From the NCBI GenBank assembly GCA_963826115.1, contig CAWGVS010000005.1:1344001-1408000 (forward strand): a DNA stretch of 64,000 nucleotides, written 5' to 3'. Shown here piece by piece: positions 37,882 through 49,099 of the stretch. A model generated the notes under the pieces. That model made no database searches and had not been told where the DNA came from. It saw nothing but the letters and a program-made list of their open reading frames with translations. This stretch comes from an uncultured Candidatus Rokubacteria bacterium. Lineage in GTDB: Bacteria > Methylomirabilota > Methylomirabilia > Rokubacteriales > DASRDR01. How positions within the stretch are numbered: position 1 is the stretch's first letter; the number at the start of each line of letters is the position of its first letter. The position numbers and the translations under genes were made by a program.

Positions 37882-38778
37882 ATGGGCGACACGATCTTCT
37901 TCGGCTACGACCAGGCCGCGCTCGACCGCGAGTACAACAACTCCGGGAAGGTCGCGAACGCCGCCCGCTATCTCGCGTGGTACCCGGGGGAGAGCGCTCG
38001 CACCCGCGAGACCCTTCCCGCGCGTCTCGACCTCCGCTACGGACCGCGCCCTGGCGAGACGCTCGACGTCTTCCTCCCCGAGGGCCACGGGCCCTGGCCG
38101 GTCCACGTGTTCGTCCACGGCGGCTACTGGCGATCGCTCGACAAGCAGGACTTCAGCTTCGCGGCGCGAGCCTTCCAGCCGGCCGGCGTCCTCGTCGCGG
38201 TGATCAACTACGCCCTCATCCCCTCGGTCGACATGGACGAGCTGGTCCGGCAGGTGCGCGCGTCGGTCGCGTGGCTCCACCGGAACGTCGCGGCCCTGGG
38301 CGGCGATCCCGACCGGATCACGGTCTCCGGCCACTCGGCCGGCGGCCATCTGGTCGCGATGCTGATGGCGACCGACTGGCGGAGCTTCGCCGGGCTGCCC
38401 GCCGACGTGGTCAAGGCCGGCTGCGGCATCAGCGGCCTCTACGACCTCGAGCCCATCCGGCTCTCGTATCTCAACCAGACGCTCGGGCTCACGATGGAGA
38501 CGGCGCGCCGGAACAGCCCGGTCCATCTGGTCCCCGCGGCCGCGGGTCCCCTGCTCCTCCCCGTCGGGGAGAAGGAGGGCGACGAGTACCACCGCCAGAC
38601 GGGGTCGCTTGCCGCCGCGTGGCGGCGCCGCGGGCTCCCGGTCGAGGTCATGGACATGGCCGACCACGATCACTTCTCGATCATCACGGAGCTCGGCGAT
38701 CCCGGGTCGACGCTCGGCCGGGCGATCCTGCGGCTGGCGGGCGTCCCCGCGAACGGACCGAAGGCGGCGGCCCGATGA
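37882..38778 (+). CDS. Alpha/beta hydrolase (arylformamidase/kynurenine formamidase-like)
   Basis: 'HGGYW', 'GHSAGGHL', 'SGLYDLEP', 'DHF'. Confidence 0.85.
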   Translation: MGDTIFFGYDQAALDREYNNSGKVANAARYLAWYPGESARTRETLPARLDLRYGPRPGETLDVFLPEGHGPWPVHVFVHGGYWRSLDKQDFSFAARAFQPAGVLVAVINYALIPSVDMDELVRQVRASVAWLHRNVAALGGDPDRITVSGHSAGGHLVAMLMATDWRSFAGLPADVVKAGCGISGLYDLEPIRLSYLNQTLGLTMETARRNSPVHLVPAAAGPLLLPVGEKEGDEYHRQTGSLAAAWRRRGLPVEVMDMADHDHFSIITELGDPGSTLGRAILRLAGVPANGPKAAAR

Positions 38779-39299
38779 TCCGCGAGGTGCCCGGCCGGAA
38801 GCCCCGGATCCACCCCGACACCTGGATCGACCCCGCCGCCGAGGTGATCGGCGACGTCACGATCGAGCAGGGCGCGAGCGTGTGGCCCGGCGCGGTGCTC
38901 CGGGGCGACGAGGACAACTACGTGCGCCTCGGCCGGAACTCGAACGTCCAGGACGGCTCCGTGCTCCACGTGACGCCGGAGTTCCCGTGCGTCGTGGGCG
39001 ATGGCGTCACGATCGGCCACCGGGCCGTCGTCCACGCGTGCACGATCAAGGACAACGCGCGGATCGGGATCGGCGCCGTCGTCCTCACCGGCGCCGTGGT
39101 CGAGGAGAACGCCCAGGTCGGGGCGGGCGCCGTGGTGCCGCCCGGCAAGGTCGTGCCGGCAGGGTGGCTGGTGATGGGGGTGCCGGCCAAGCCCGTCCGC
39201 GAGATGACCCCCGAGGAGCTCGAGGAGATCCGGCGCAACGCGACGGCGTACGTCGCGCTCTGGCGCCGGGACTACGGGCCGCGCGCCGGCGCGCCCTAG
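38775..39299 (+). CDS. Gamma carbonic anhydrase family hexapeptide-repeat protein
   Basis: 'VIGDV', 'LRGD', 'NVQDG.VLH', 'TIGH.A.VH.C', 'G.PAK'. Confidence 0.9.
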   Translation: MIREVPGRKPRIHPDTWIDPAAEVIGDVTIEQGASVWPGAVLRGDEDNYVRLGRNSNVQDGSVLHVTPEFPCVVGDGVTIGHRAVVHACTIKDNARIGIGAVVLTGAVVEENAQVGAGAVVPPGKVVPAGWLVMGVPAKPVREMTPEELEEIRRNATAYVALWRRDYGPRAGAP

Positions 39300-39350
39300 C
39301 CGGGCAGCCCGCGTCAGATCGACACCGACCACTCGACACCAGGAGGTCCC

Positions 39351-39701
39351 ATGCCGCTCCGCACGCGCTATCTCTTCTCCGCCGCCATGGACGTCGACCC
39401 GACCCGCGACGCGCTCTTCCACGAGGTCTACGACAAGGAGCACATCCCGGCGCTCCTCGAGGTGCCCGGCGTCGTGTCGGCATCGCGCTTCAAGCTCCGC
39501 GAGCTCACCATGATGATCGGCGGCGAGCGGAAGACCATGGACACCCAGGGGGCGCCGCGCTACAACGCGCTCTACGAGCTCGAGTCGCCCGAGGTGCTGC
39601 TCACCTCCGCGTGGGCCAAGGCGGTCGAGCGCGGCCGCTGGCCGACCGAGGTGCGCGCCTTCACCCGGAACCGCCACCACCTCCTCTACGAGCGCCTGTA
39701 G
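39351..39701 (+). CDS. Small dimeric alpha/beta barrel protein (EthD/DUF4286-like)
   Basis: AGGAGG RBS; 'YD.EHIP.LL.VPGV.SA.RF', 'Y.ALYELES'. Confidence 0.7.
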   Translation: MPLRTRYLFSAAMDVDPTRDALFHEVYDKEHIPALLEVPGVVSASRFKLRELTMMIGGERKTMDTQGAPRYNALYELESPEVLLTSAWAKAVERGRWPTEVRAFTRNRHHLLYERL

Positions 39702-39867
39702 ACCAAACGACGGGGTCAGGCCTTACCCTTGATCTCGGGGGCGACGATGACGCGCGAACATCAGGGTGCGGGCCTGACCCCAAGTTCGACCAAACTCCGG
39801 GCTCAGGCCTTGGCCTCGGTCTAGGGTCGACAGTGACGGGAGAACACCCAAGCACGGGCCTGACCCC
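39701..39867. repeat. Two tandem REP-like units (87-bp period), each bounded by GGG(G/C)TCAGGCC...GGCCTGACCCC
   Basis: Units start GACCAAAC at 39701 and 39788; arms and spacers align. Confidence 0.75.
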
Positions 39868-40630
39868 GGGATGGGATCCGGCCAAGTATCTGGAGTTCGC
39901 CGGACCGCGGCTCCGCCCGGCGATCGATCTCCTCGCCCGCGTCTCGCTCCCGGCGCCGGCCGCCGTGTACGACCTCGGGTGCGGCGCGGGCAACGTCACG
40001 AAGCTCCTCGCGGAGCGCTGGCCGGCAGCGGCCGTGACCGGCGTCGACGGCTCGCCTGCCATGCTGGCGACGGCGCGCGCGGCGACGCCGACGATCACCT
40101 GGCAGCAGGCCGATCTCGGCGCCTGGCGACCGTCGTGGCCCGCCGACCTCCTCTTCTCGAACGCGGCCCTCCACTGGCTCGACGGCCACGAGGTGCTGTT
40201 CCCCCGCCTGATGAGCGAGCTCGCCCCGGGCGGCGTCCTCGCCGTCCAGATGCCGAGGAACCACGGCGCGCCGTCTCACACCGAGATGGTCGCCGCGGCT
40301 TCGGCCGGCCCGTGGCACGAGCGCCTGGCCCCGCATCTCCGCACTCGCCCCGTCGCCGAGCCGTCCGTCTATCACGACATCCTGGCCCCCCATGCCGCGC
40401 GGCTCGACATCTGGGAGACCGAGTACCTCCACGCGCTCGAGGGCGAGAACCCCGTCGTCGAGTGGACCCGCGGCTCGGCGCTGAAGCCCCTCCTCGACGC
40501 CCTCACGGAGCCGGACCGCTCCGCGTTCCTCGCCGAGTACTCGGGCCGCGTCAAGCGCGCCTATCCGCCGCGGCCGGACGGCCGCACGCTCCTGCCCTTC
40601 CGCCGCCTCTTCATCGTCGCGACCCGCTGA
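39833..40630 (+). CDS. tam: Trans-aconitate 2-methyltransferase
   Basis: 'WDPAKY', 'RP..DLL', 'DLGCG.GN', 'SNAALHW', 'LAVQMP.N', 'FRRLF'; nearest in-frame start is GTG 39833. Confidence 0.88.
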   Translation: MTGEHPSTGLTPGWDPAKYLEFAGPRLRPAIDLLARVSLPAPAAVYDLGCGAGNVTKLLAERWPAAAVTGVDGSPAMLATARAATPTITWQQADLGAWRPSWPADLLFSNAALHWLDGHEVLFPRLMSELAPGGVLAVQMPRNHGAPSHTEMVAAASAGPWHERLAPHLRTRPVAEPSVYHDILAPHAARLDIWETEYLHALEGENPVVEWTRGSALKPLLDALTEPDRSAFLAEYSGRVKRAYPPRPDGRTLLPFRRLFIVATR

Positions 40631-40712
40631 TCCTGACACGATTCCGCAACATCCGGGCCGAGACGGCCGCTCGGGTCGACGTGATAAAGTGGACCATCAG
40701 GAGAGCCAAGCC

Positions 40713-41930
<1,218 letters not shown>

Positions 41931-42064
41931 GCGGCGCGCGGGCGTCCGGCTGCCTCTCGCCGCTGCGTCGTCCCGTTCGCGTCCCGCCCGATGATCTCGC
42001 GCGCGAGAGTTGGCCCGGCCGTCGTCCCGGCAAGCTCACCCGCTAGCTGGTAAGGAGGCTTCCC

Positions 42065-42511
42065 ATGTGGTTTTCCGCGATCGTGGCGTCGCTCCACTAC
42101 CTGGCGCTCGCCATCGGTCTGCCCGCGGTGTTCCTGCGCGGGCGCGCGCTCAAGGGAACGCTGGACGACGCGGGGCTCCGGCGGCTCTTCGCGGCCGACT
42201 CGATGTGGGGCGTGGCAGCCGCCCTCTGGGTGGCGACCGGCCTCCTCCGGGCGTTCGCCGGGCTCGAGAAGGGCTCGGCCTACTACCTCCAGAGCCACGG
42301 GTTCTACCTGAAGATGGGGCTCTTCCTGGCCGTCGTGCTCCTGGAGGTGCGCCCGATGCTCACCTTCATGCGGTGGCGCCAGGCCCACCGGCGCGGCGCC
42401 CCGATCGACACGAGCGCGGCTCGCGCGCTGTTCCAGGTAAGCCACATCCAGCTCTCTCTCGTCGTGGCGATGGTCTTCATCGCGTCGGCGATGGCGCGCG
42501 GGGTCTGGTAG
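42065..42511 (+). CDS. DUF2214-family membrane protein
   Basis: AGGAGG RBS; 'LHYL', 'D..WG..A', 'TGL.R', 'EKG..YY', 'MARG'. Confidence 0.8.
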   Translation: MWFSAIVASLHYLALAIGLPAVFLRGRALKGTLDDAGLRRLFAADSMWGVAAALWVATGLLRAFAGLEKGSAYYLQSHGFYLKMGLFLAVVLLEVRPMLTFMRWRQAHRRGAPIDTSAARALFQVSHIQLSLVVAMVFIASAMARGVW

Positions 42512-42534
42512 TCGGCGGTCTTCGGGTCGGCGGG

Positions 42535-42860
42535 TCAGCCATCCGGAGCCGCCGGGCCTGACGCTCCCGGCGGCTCCTGGCTCAGCTCGGTCGGATCAGA
42601 ATCCAGCAGGGCCGGCGGGAGCAGCGTGACGATCACGGGAACCGTGGTCGTCGCGGCGTTCCCCGCAGCGTCCTCGCAGCTGACCGTCAGCGTGTAGGTC
42701 CGCCGGCCCATGCGTCTGCACACTGCCTGAGGAGGAGACGCGTACGTCTCTCGACTTCTTCGTTGCGCGCTTCACGGCAGACCTAGACCTCGACGCGACC
42801 TTCAGCGGAGACAGCTGGGTCACCACCAACTACCTCGGAGGCGCTGTCAACACCTGACGC
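42535..42860 (-). pseudogene. Possible degraded fragment of an Ig-like/HYR-type surface protein
   Basis: 'GRRTYTLTVSCEDAAGNAATTTVPV' resembles Ig-fold C-terminal strands; no intact gene; visibly lower GC. Confidence 0.35.
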
Positions 42861-42880
42861 GGGGCGTCGTAACGAAGGGG

Positions 42881-43696
42881 CTATTCGGGCGACCAGTGGG
42901 GCGCAGTGCTGAACAGCCCGTCGACGACGCCGATCTGGTAGGCCATCCAGAGACCGAAGGCGAGGCTCAGCACGCCCGAGGCGGTGGCGAGGTGGCGGTT
43001 CAGCCCCGCGAACCGGCGCGCCGTCACGGCGAACGGCACCGCGACCGCGGCGGTGATCAGCATCATGCCCGCGATCGTGCCGACGCCGAAGACCAGGAGG
43101 TAGCCGATCGCCCACCACGGGTCGCGGATCGCCGCCAGCACGAGCAGCGCGACGGCCGCGGACCCGGCGAGCCCGTGGACCAGCCCGACCACGAGCGGGC
43201 GGACGACCTGGTAGGCGCTCAATCCCCCCAGCGCCCGGTCGAGGCGCGCCTGCGGCGTCGCGCTCTCCGGGTGGCCGTGCGCGTCCGGCTCATGGCCGTG
43301 GACGTGGCTGTGCACGTAGTCTCCGTGAACGTGCGGGTGGGCGTGATGGTCGCCCAGTCCGTGCTCATGCGCCGCGCCCGAGCGGGCCTCCTGGATCCGG
43401 CCCGTGATCCCGGTCAGCGTCAGGATCCCCAGGAGGACCAGCATGATGGCGACGGAGAACTCCATCCCCAGCCCGACGTGAGGCGGAATGACCAGGCCGA
43501 ACAGGATGATCGCGCCGCCCACCGCGAGGATCGTGAGCGTGTGCCCGACGCCCCAGAGCACGCCCGTCCAGGCCGCCGCCCAGACGGAGCGCTGGCGACT
43601 CACGATCGTCGTGACGGCGATGACGTGGTCGGCGTCGGTCGCGTGGCGCATCCCGAGGAAGAAGCCGAAGAGAAGGACGGAGACGAGCTGTGTCAT
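42881..43696 (-). CDS. High-affinity nickel/cobalt transporter (NiCoT/UreH-like)
   Basis: 'GMRHATDADH', 'WG.GH', His-rich loop, 'G.VHGLAGS'. Confidence 0.88.
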   Translation of the reverse strand: MTQLVSVLLFGFFLGMRHATDADHVIAVTTIVSRQRSVWAAAWTGVLWGVGHTLTILAVGGAIILFGLVIPPHVGLGMEFSVAIMLVLLGILTLTGITGRIQEARSGAAHEHGLGDHHAHPHVHGDYVHSHVHGHEPDAHGHPESATPQARLDRALGGLSAYQVVRPLVVGLVHGLAGSAAVALLVLAAIRDPWWAIGYLLVFGVGTIAGMMLITAAVAVPFAVTARRFAGLNRHLATASGVLSLAFGLWMAYQIGVVDGLFSTAPHWSPE

Positions 43697-43753
43697 GCGC
43701 GTCAGTCTAGGCCATCGACCCGGCGCGTGCCAGCCCGGCTATCCGCGATCCTC

Positions 43754-44710
43754 TCATCGTCCTCGTCGCCGCCGAGGTGACGCGGGAACGGCCGCCCGAG
43801 CGCGCGTGGCACCGCCCGGCAGGCGCTCCTCGAGCTCCTCGAGCGTCCGCGGCCAGTCCTGGCGGAGGAGGCGCGAGAGCGCGCGGTCGGCCAGGAGACG
43901 CTTGCCCGTCTGGCAGACTGCGCAGTAGTTCGTCTCGTTCTCCGCGTGGACGATCCGCTGGACCGGCGCCCCGCAGTCCGGGCAGGGCTGGCCGTATCGG
44001 CCGTGGACGGCCATGCCCTCGCGGAAGGCCGTGACCTTCTCCGGAAAGGCGAGCCGCGCCGTCGATGACAGCCGCTCGGACCACTCGCCCAGCACCGCCC
44101 GCGCGGCCGCGTGGAGGCGAGCCCACTCCGCCGCCGCGAGCTGGTCCGTCATCCGGATGGGCGACAGCCGCGCCCGGTGGAGGATCTCGTCCGCGTAGGC
44201 GTTGCCGATCCCGTCGAGGAACCGCGGGTCCGTCAGGGATCGCTTCAGCGTGTGCCGTTCGCGGGTGAGCGCCTCGCGAAGCTGCGCCACCGTGGCGGTC
44301 ATCACGTCGAGGCCGCCGCGGTCGTGCGCCCGGAGCGCGGCCTCGCCGCGCGCCAGGTGAATCGACGCGCGGCGCTTGGTCCCGGCCTCGGTCAGCGTCA
44401 GCGTGCCCTCGGGGAAGTCGAACGCCGCCAGTCCCACCCGCCCGGGCGGGCGCGCGCCGGCCGGCCGCCAGTGGAGACGGCCGGCGATCATCAGGTGGAT
44501 CACGACGAAGATCTCCCCCTCGAGGGCGAGCACGATGCGCTTGCCGACCCGGCGGAGCCCGGTCACGGTCCGGCCCTCGACCTCGGAGACCGGCGGGTCG
44601 ACGGACCGGAGGACGAACGGGCTCACCAGCCGGATCCGCTCGAGCTTCCGCCCGAGGACGCGCGGCTCGAGGGCCGTCAGGTACGCGACGACGTCCGGCA
44701 GCTCGGGCAA
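43754..44710 (-). CDS. Fpg/Nei family DNA glycosylase/AP lyase
   Basis: TTG start 'PELPDV'; 'HLMIAG', H2TH 'GIGNAYADEIL', Zn finger 'CPDCG...YCAVCQ'. Confidence 0.92.
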   Translation of the reverse strand: MPELPDVVAYLTALEPRVLGRKLERIRLVSPFVLRSVDPPVSEVEGRTVTGLRRVGKRIVLALEGEIFVVIHLMIAGRLHWRPAGARPPGRVGLAAFDFPEGTLTLTEAGTKRRASIHLARGEAALRAHDRGGLDVMTATVAQLREALTRERHTLKRSLTDPRFLDGIGNAYADEILHRARLSPIRMTDQLAAAEWARLHAAARAVLGEWSERLSSTARLAFPEKVTAFREGMAVHGRYGQPCPDCGAPVQRIVHAENETNYCAVCQTGKRLLADRALSRLLRQDWPRTLEELEERLPGGATRARAAVPASPRRRRGR

Positions 44711-44818
44711 CGGTTCGCGCTTCCCGCGGGCTCGGGATCGATCCGGAGGTCCCCTGCCCCTCGCATGCTCAACTCAATGCCATTCTACGGCGACGCGCCG
44801 TGCTACGGTGGGCGGCCG

Positions 44819-46024
44819 ATGGCCTCCGACGACCCGACGCTCCTCCGCGTGCCTGGATTCGCCCGGTTCGCCGGCTCCGCCCTCCTCAACACGATCGCCT
44901 TCGCGGGCGAGCAGGTCGTGCTGGGATGGCTCGTCCTCGACCTCACCAACTCGCCCCTCCTGGTCGGCGTGGCGCTCGCGCTCCGGATGGCTCCGCTCCT
45001 GATCGTGGGCTTGCCGGCGGGCGTCCTCGCGGACCGCGGGGACCGTCTGGTCCTCCTCCGCGGCGCGAACACGACGATGGCGCTCGCCCTGGCCGCGCTC
45101 GCGATCCTGACCGTGCTCGGGCGGGTGACGGTCGGGCCGATCCTCGCCATCACGTTCTTCGTCGGCTGCGCCCGGGCGCTCCAGCAGGTCACGCAGCAGG
45201 CGCACACGCACGACCTGGTCGGGCCGGCGCGCCTCACCCAGGCGCTGGGCGTGCTCGGCATCGCGATGCGCCTCGGCGGGCTCACCGGGTCGCTCCTGGC
45301 GGGCCGGCTGATCGCCGGCTTCGGGCCGTCCGTGGCGTACCTGGCGGCCGCCGTCGCCTGTCTCGTCGCGACGCTCGTGCTCCCGCGACGCTCGGCCCAC
45401 CGGACCCACCTGCCCCAGAGCTCGATCTCGGTCTGGCAGGGGCTCTCCGGCTTCCTCGCGGCCGCGCGCGCGGAGCGACGCCTGCCCGCGCTCATGGCGC
45501 TCACGGCCGCGGGTGAGGTGCTCGGCTTCTCGCACCAGGCCGTGCTGCCGAGCCTCGCGCGGGACATCCTGCACGTGGGTCCGGAGGGGCTGGGCGCCAT
45601 GAACGCCGCCCGCCAGGCGGGCGGGATCGTCGCCATGCTGGGCGTGAGCCGCCTGAGCCAGCTAGGCGGACTCACGTCCGTCTTCGTGACCGCGCTCGGC
45701 GTTTTCGGCGCGGGCGTGGCCGCGCTCGGCCTGGCGCCGGGCTACGGCTCGGTCCTGCTCGTCCTCACCATGGTCAACGCGGTCGGCGCGACGTGCGACG
45801 TCCTGGGACAGAGCCTCATGCAGCAGGCGGTGCCGCCGGCGCTCCGCGGCCGCGCGAGCGGCGCGTGGGTCGTGGCGATCGGGGTGGGTCCCGTCGGCCA
45901 GTTCCAGATCGGCGCGCTGGTCGCCGCGCTCGGAGTCACCGCCGCGCTCGGCATGAGCGGGATGGCCCTGGTCGCGGTCGCGGTCGGCGCCCGGCTCCTG
46001 ATGGCGCGCGCCCGCCGAGCCTGA
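44819..46024 (+). CDS. MFS transporter
   Basis: 'WLVL.LTNSP', 'G.LADR', 'VP..LRGR'; about 12 TM segments. Confidence 0.82.
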   Translation: MASDDPTLLRVPGFARFAGSALLNTIAFAGEQVVLGWLVLDLTNSPLLVGVALALRMAPLLIVGLPAGVLADRGDRLVLLRGANTTMALALAALAILTVLGRVTVGPILAITFFVGCARALQQVTQQAHTHDLVGPARLTQALGVLGIAMRLGGLTGSLLAGRLIAGFGPSVAYLAAAVACLVATLVLPRRSAHRTHLPQSSISVWQGLSGFLAAARAERRLPALMALTAAGEVLGFSHQAVLPSLARDILHVGPEGLGAMNAARQAGGIVAMLGVSRLSQLGGLTSVFVTALGVFGAGVAALGLAPGYGSVLLVLTMVNAVGATCDVLGQSLMQQAVPPALRGRASGAWVVAIGVGPVGQFQIGALVAALGVTAALGMSGMALVAVAVGARLLMARARRA

Positions 46025-46058
46025 CGCCGGCCGGCGCGCGCCAGGAGAACCGGAGCCG

Positions 46059-46481
46059 CTAGCAGCAGCCGCCGGAGACGGCGGGCTTCTTCGGCGGCTC
46101 GATGAGCTCGATCCGCGTGTCGTCGGGCCCGCGCACGAACGCGATCCGCGGTCCGTTCGGCACCTGGATCGGGCCCTCGAGAAGCGCGCCGCCGAGCTGC
46201 CCAAGACGGGCGATGTCCGCATCCAGGTTCGCCGAGTCGAAGCCGAAGTGCTCGAGCCCATGGTGCGGCATCGCATCGCCGTGGCCGAGCTTCTCGCCGG
46301 TCCGCGCGCCCGAGACGTTCACCGCCATGCCGCCGTCCTCGCTCATGCACCGGACGAACCGGTCGCCGAAGACGCGGGTCTCGTCGGACACGATCTTGAA
46401 GTTGAAGGCCTTCACGTACCAGTCCGCGGTCTTGCGCGGGTCCGGGGCCTTCAGGTGGATGTGGTTGATCCGGAACGCCAT
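46059..46481 (-). CDS. VOC (glyoxalase) family protein with a C-terminal Cys-Cys
   Basis: GGAGG RBS; 'NHIHL', 'GLEHFG', 'GPD..RIEL'; ends in 'SGGCC'. Confidence 0.85.
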   Translation of the reverse strand: MAFRINHIHLKAPDPRKTADWYVKAFNFKIVSDETRVFGDRFVRCMSEDGGMAVNVSGARTGEKLGHGDAMPHHGLEHFGFDSANLDADIARLGQLGGALLEGPIQVPNGPRIAFVRGPDDTRIELIEPPKKPAVSGGCC

Positions 46482-46537
46482 CTTGACCTCCAGGTGAGGG
46501 CCGGCGTGGGAGCCGACCGGGGGTGAGGCGCGCGCCC

Positions 46538-47797
46538 TTAGACCAGGACGCGCCGCCCGAGCTTCACGGGACGCCCCGCGAGGACCACGTCCACGGCGTC
46601 GCCGAGGAGGGCGACGTCGGCCGCGGGGTCTCCGGCGACCGACATCAGGTCCGCCGCCAGACCTGGGCGGATGGCGCCCGTCTCGTGGCCGAGCCGCATC
46701 GCCTCGGCCGACTCGATGGTCGAGGCGGCGATCGCCTGCCACGGCGAGTAGCCGAACCACCTCACGAACGCGCGGGCGTTCGCCGAGGAGGCGTCGAACC
46801 GAGCGTGGGCCATGCCCATGTCGAGCCCGTTGATGAACCGCACGCCGCGCGCCCGCATGTCGCGGGTGACCTCGACGTGCTCCTCCATCGACACGGGCGC
46901 CGCGGCGACGGACCAGTGGGGCTTGGGCGGGGGCGCGCCCGCCTCGACGGCCTCGTGGCCCAGGAGGTGGAGCCCGAACGTCACGTCGACGGCCTGGCCG
47001 TTCGCCGCGATCCGGCTCGACACCTCGCGGTCGTAGTCGAGGCCCTTGCTCGGATCCGCCGACAGCCACCGCGCGTGCACCAGGTGGTGAATGCCCGCCT
47101 CGACGCAGTTCCGCACGCCGTCGGCCGACAGCGTGTGCGCGACGATCTGCATGTCGAGCCGCTCGGCCTCGACGACGGCGGCGCGCAGCGTCGACGCCGG
47201 GTACTGGACGGTCCGCGGGTTCGCCGTCGGCGTGAACATGCCGCCGGTGGCCATCATCTTGATGCAGTCGGCGCCGAGCTTCTTCTGCCGGCGGACGGCG
47301 GTGACGACCTCGTCGACCGTGTCGGCCTCGGTGCCGAACATCCAGCAGTGGCCGGCGGTCGTGGTGATCGGGGTGCCGGTCAGGACGAGGCGCGGCCCGG
47401 GGATCACCCCGCGCCGCACGGCGTCGCGGATCGGGAACGCGATCTCGTTCTTGCTGCCGATGTCCCGGAGCGTGGTCACGCCGCTGAGCAGCGCCGACCG
47501 GACGTTCGACGCCGAGCGTAGCAGGAGCGCGTCGTGGGACTCGGTCGTGACGAGGTGGTAGGCGTCGGGGGTGGCGGAGCAGTGCATGTGGGCGTGGACG
47601 TCGACCAGGCCGGGGAGGAGCGACACGTCCCCCAGGTCGTGAACCCGGTGGGTCGCGCCCACGTCGGGCGGCAGCTCCCGCTGGGGGACGACCGCCCGGA
47701 TCCGCTGGCCTTCCGTCAGGATCGCGTGGTCGGGCAGCCATCCCGACACGGTCGCGTTCGCGACCCGCCTCGCCTTGAACACGGAGCGCTCCGCCAC
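46538..47797 (-). CDS. Amidohydrolase family metallo-hydrolase
   Basis: 'LPGLVDVHAH', 'GVTTLRD', 'IKMMATGG', 'AH', 'G.D', 'G..ADL'. Confidence 0.85.
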   Translation of the reverse strand: MAERSVFKARRVANATVSGWLPDHAILTEGQRIRAVVPQRELPPDVGATHRVHDLGDVSLLPGLVDVHAHMHCSATPDAYHLVTTESHDALLLRSASNVRSALLSGVTTLRDIGSKNEIAFPIRDAVRRGVIPGPRLVLTGTPITTTAGHCWMFGTEADTVDEVVTAVRRQKKLGADCIKMMATGGMFTPTANPRTVQYPASTLRAAVVEAERLDMQIVAHTLSADGVRNCVEAGIHHLVHARWLSADPSKGLDYDREVSSRIAANGQAVDVTFGLHLLGHEAVEAGAPPPKPHWSVAAAPVSMEEHVEVTRDMRARGVRFINGLDMGMAHARFDASSANARAFVRWFGYSPWQAIAASTIESAEAMRLGHETGAIRPGLAADLMSVAGDPAADVALLGDAVDVVLAGRPVKLGRRVLV

Positions 47798-47862
47798 GAC
47801 TGCCTCCCTGGATGCGAGGGCCCCGGCGCCCGCCGGCGGCCCGCGGTGAGCCTACGTTCGGA

Positions 47863-48918
47863 TCAGATGAGGGACGCCAGGAGGTCGCCGACCTCCCGGG
47901 TCGAGGCCTTCCCGCCGAGATCGCGGGTCACGGTCTTGCCCTCCGCCACCACGGTCTCGATCGCCTTCACGATGGCCTGGGCGGCCTGCGCGTGCCCGAG
48001 GTGCTCGAGCAGCATGGCGCCGGTCCAGATCTGGGCGACCGGGTTCGCGATCCCCTTCCCGGCGATGTCGGGCGCCGAGCCGTGCACCGGCTCGAACATC
48101 GACGGGTGCTCCTTCTCCGGGTTGATGTTGCCGCCCGGCGCCAGCCCGATCGAGCCGGCGATGGCCGGGCCGAGGTCGGACAGGATGTCGCCGAAGAGGT
48201 TCGACCCCACGACCACGTCGAACCAGTCGGGGTGCTGCACGAAGTGGGCGGTGAGGATGTCGATGTGGTACTGCGCGGTTTTCACGTCCGGGTACTGCTT
48301 CGCCATCGCGGCGAAGCGCTCGTCCCAGTACGGCATGCTGTGGATGATGCCGTTCGACTTGGTCGCCGACGTGACGTGGCGCCTCGGCCGCTTCCGCGCC
48401 AGCTCGAACGCGTAGCGCATCACCCGGTCGGTGCCCTTCCGCGTGAAGACGGCCTGCTGGATGCACAGCTCGTCCTCGGTGTCTCTGTAGTGGCGGCCGC
48501 CGATCTCCGAGTACTCGCCCTCGTTGTTCTCCCGGACGATGACCATGTCGATCTCGGCGGGCGAGCGGTCGGCGAGGGGCGACCGGACTCCCCGGAGGAG
48601 CCGCACCGGCCGGAGGTTCACGTACTGGCGGAAGGTCCGGCGGATGGGGATCAGGAGGCCCCAGAGCGAGACGTGGTCCGGGACGCCCGGGGCGCCGACG
48701 GCGCCGAGGAAGATCGCCTCGCAGGCGCGGAGCTGGTCGAGCCCGTCCTCGGGCATCATGCGCCCGGTCTTCCGGAAGCGCTCGCAGCTCCAGTCGAACT
48801 CCGTCCAGGCGAGCTCGAAGCCGAACCGCCTTGCCGCCGCCTCGAGGACCCGCTGGCCCTCGGGCACGACCTCGTTGCCGATCCCGTCGCCGGGAATCAC
48901 CGCGATCCGATGACGCAT
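47863..48918 (-). CDS. ttuC: Tartrate/D-malate dehydrogenase (decarboxylating)
   Basis: 'IAVIPGDGIG', 'VPDHVSLWGLL', 'RENNEGEYS', 'TKSNG', 'FEPVHGSAPDIAG'. Confidence 0.9.
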   Translation of the reverse strand: MRHRIAVIPGDGIGNEVVPEGQRVLEAAARRFGFELAWTEFDWSCERFRKTGRMMPEDGLDQLRACEAIFLGAVGAPGVPDHVSLWGLLIPIRRTFRQYVNLRPVRLLRGVRSPLADRSPAEIDMVIVRENNEGEYSEIGGRHYRDTEDELCIQQAVFTRKGTDRVMRYAFELARKRPRRHVTSATKSNGIIHSMPYWDERFAAMAKQYPDVKTAQYHIDILTAHFVQHPDWFDVVVGSNLFGDILSDLGPAIAGSIGLAPGGNINPEKEHPSMFEPVHGSAPDIAGKGIANPVAQIWTGAMLLEHLGHAQAAQAIVKAIETVVAEGKTVTRDLGGKASTREVGDLLASLI

Positions 48919-49016
48919 GGAGCCCCCTTCACGAGTTGACGCCGGCGGGCCGGCCGCTACCGCACGGTCACGGGTGTCGAGGGTATCCCGCCGCCCCGGC
49001 CCGGTCAATGCGACCC

Positions 49017-49097
49017 GGGGTCAGACCTTGCCTTCCGCACACTTCCCTCTGGCGGGCTGGCGATTCCGCAAACGCCCGGCAGGGGAAGCCTGACTCC
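49017..49097. repeat. Degenerate REP-like element (GGGGTCAGACC...GCCTGACTCC)
   Basis: Same arms as the 39701 and 55817 elements. Confidence 0.55.
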
Positions 49098-49099
49098 AG

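Noticed and set aside
39701-39867. Possible mini CRISPR array
   Set aside because: Only two degenerate units, the spacers resemble each other, no cas genes, and the same arms occur dispersed
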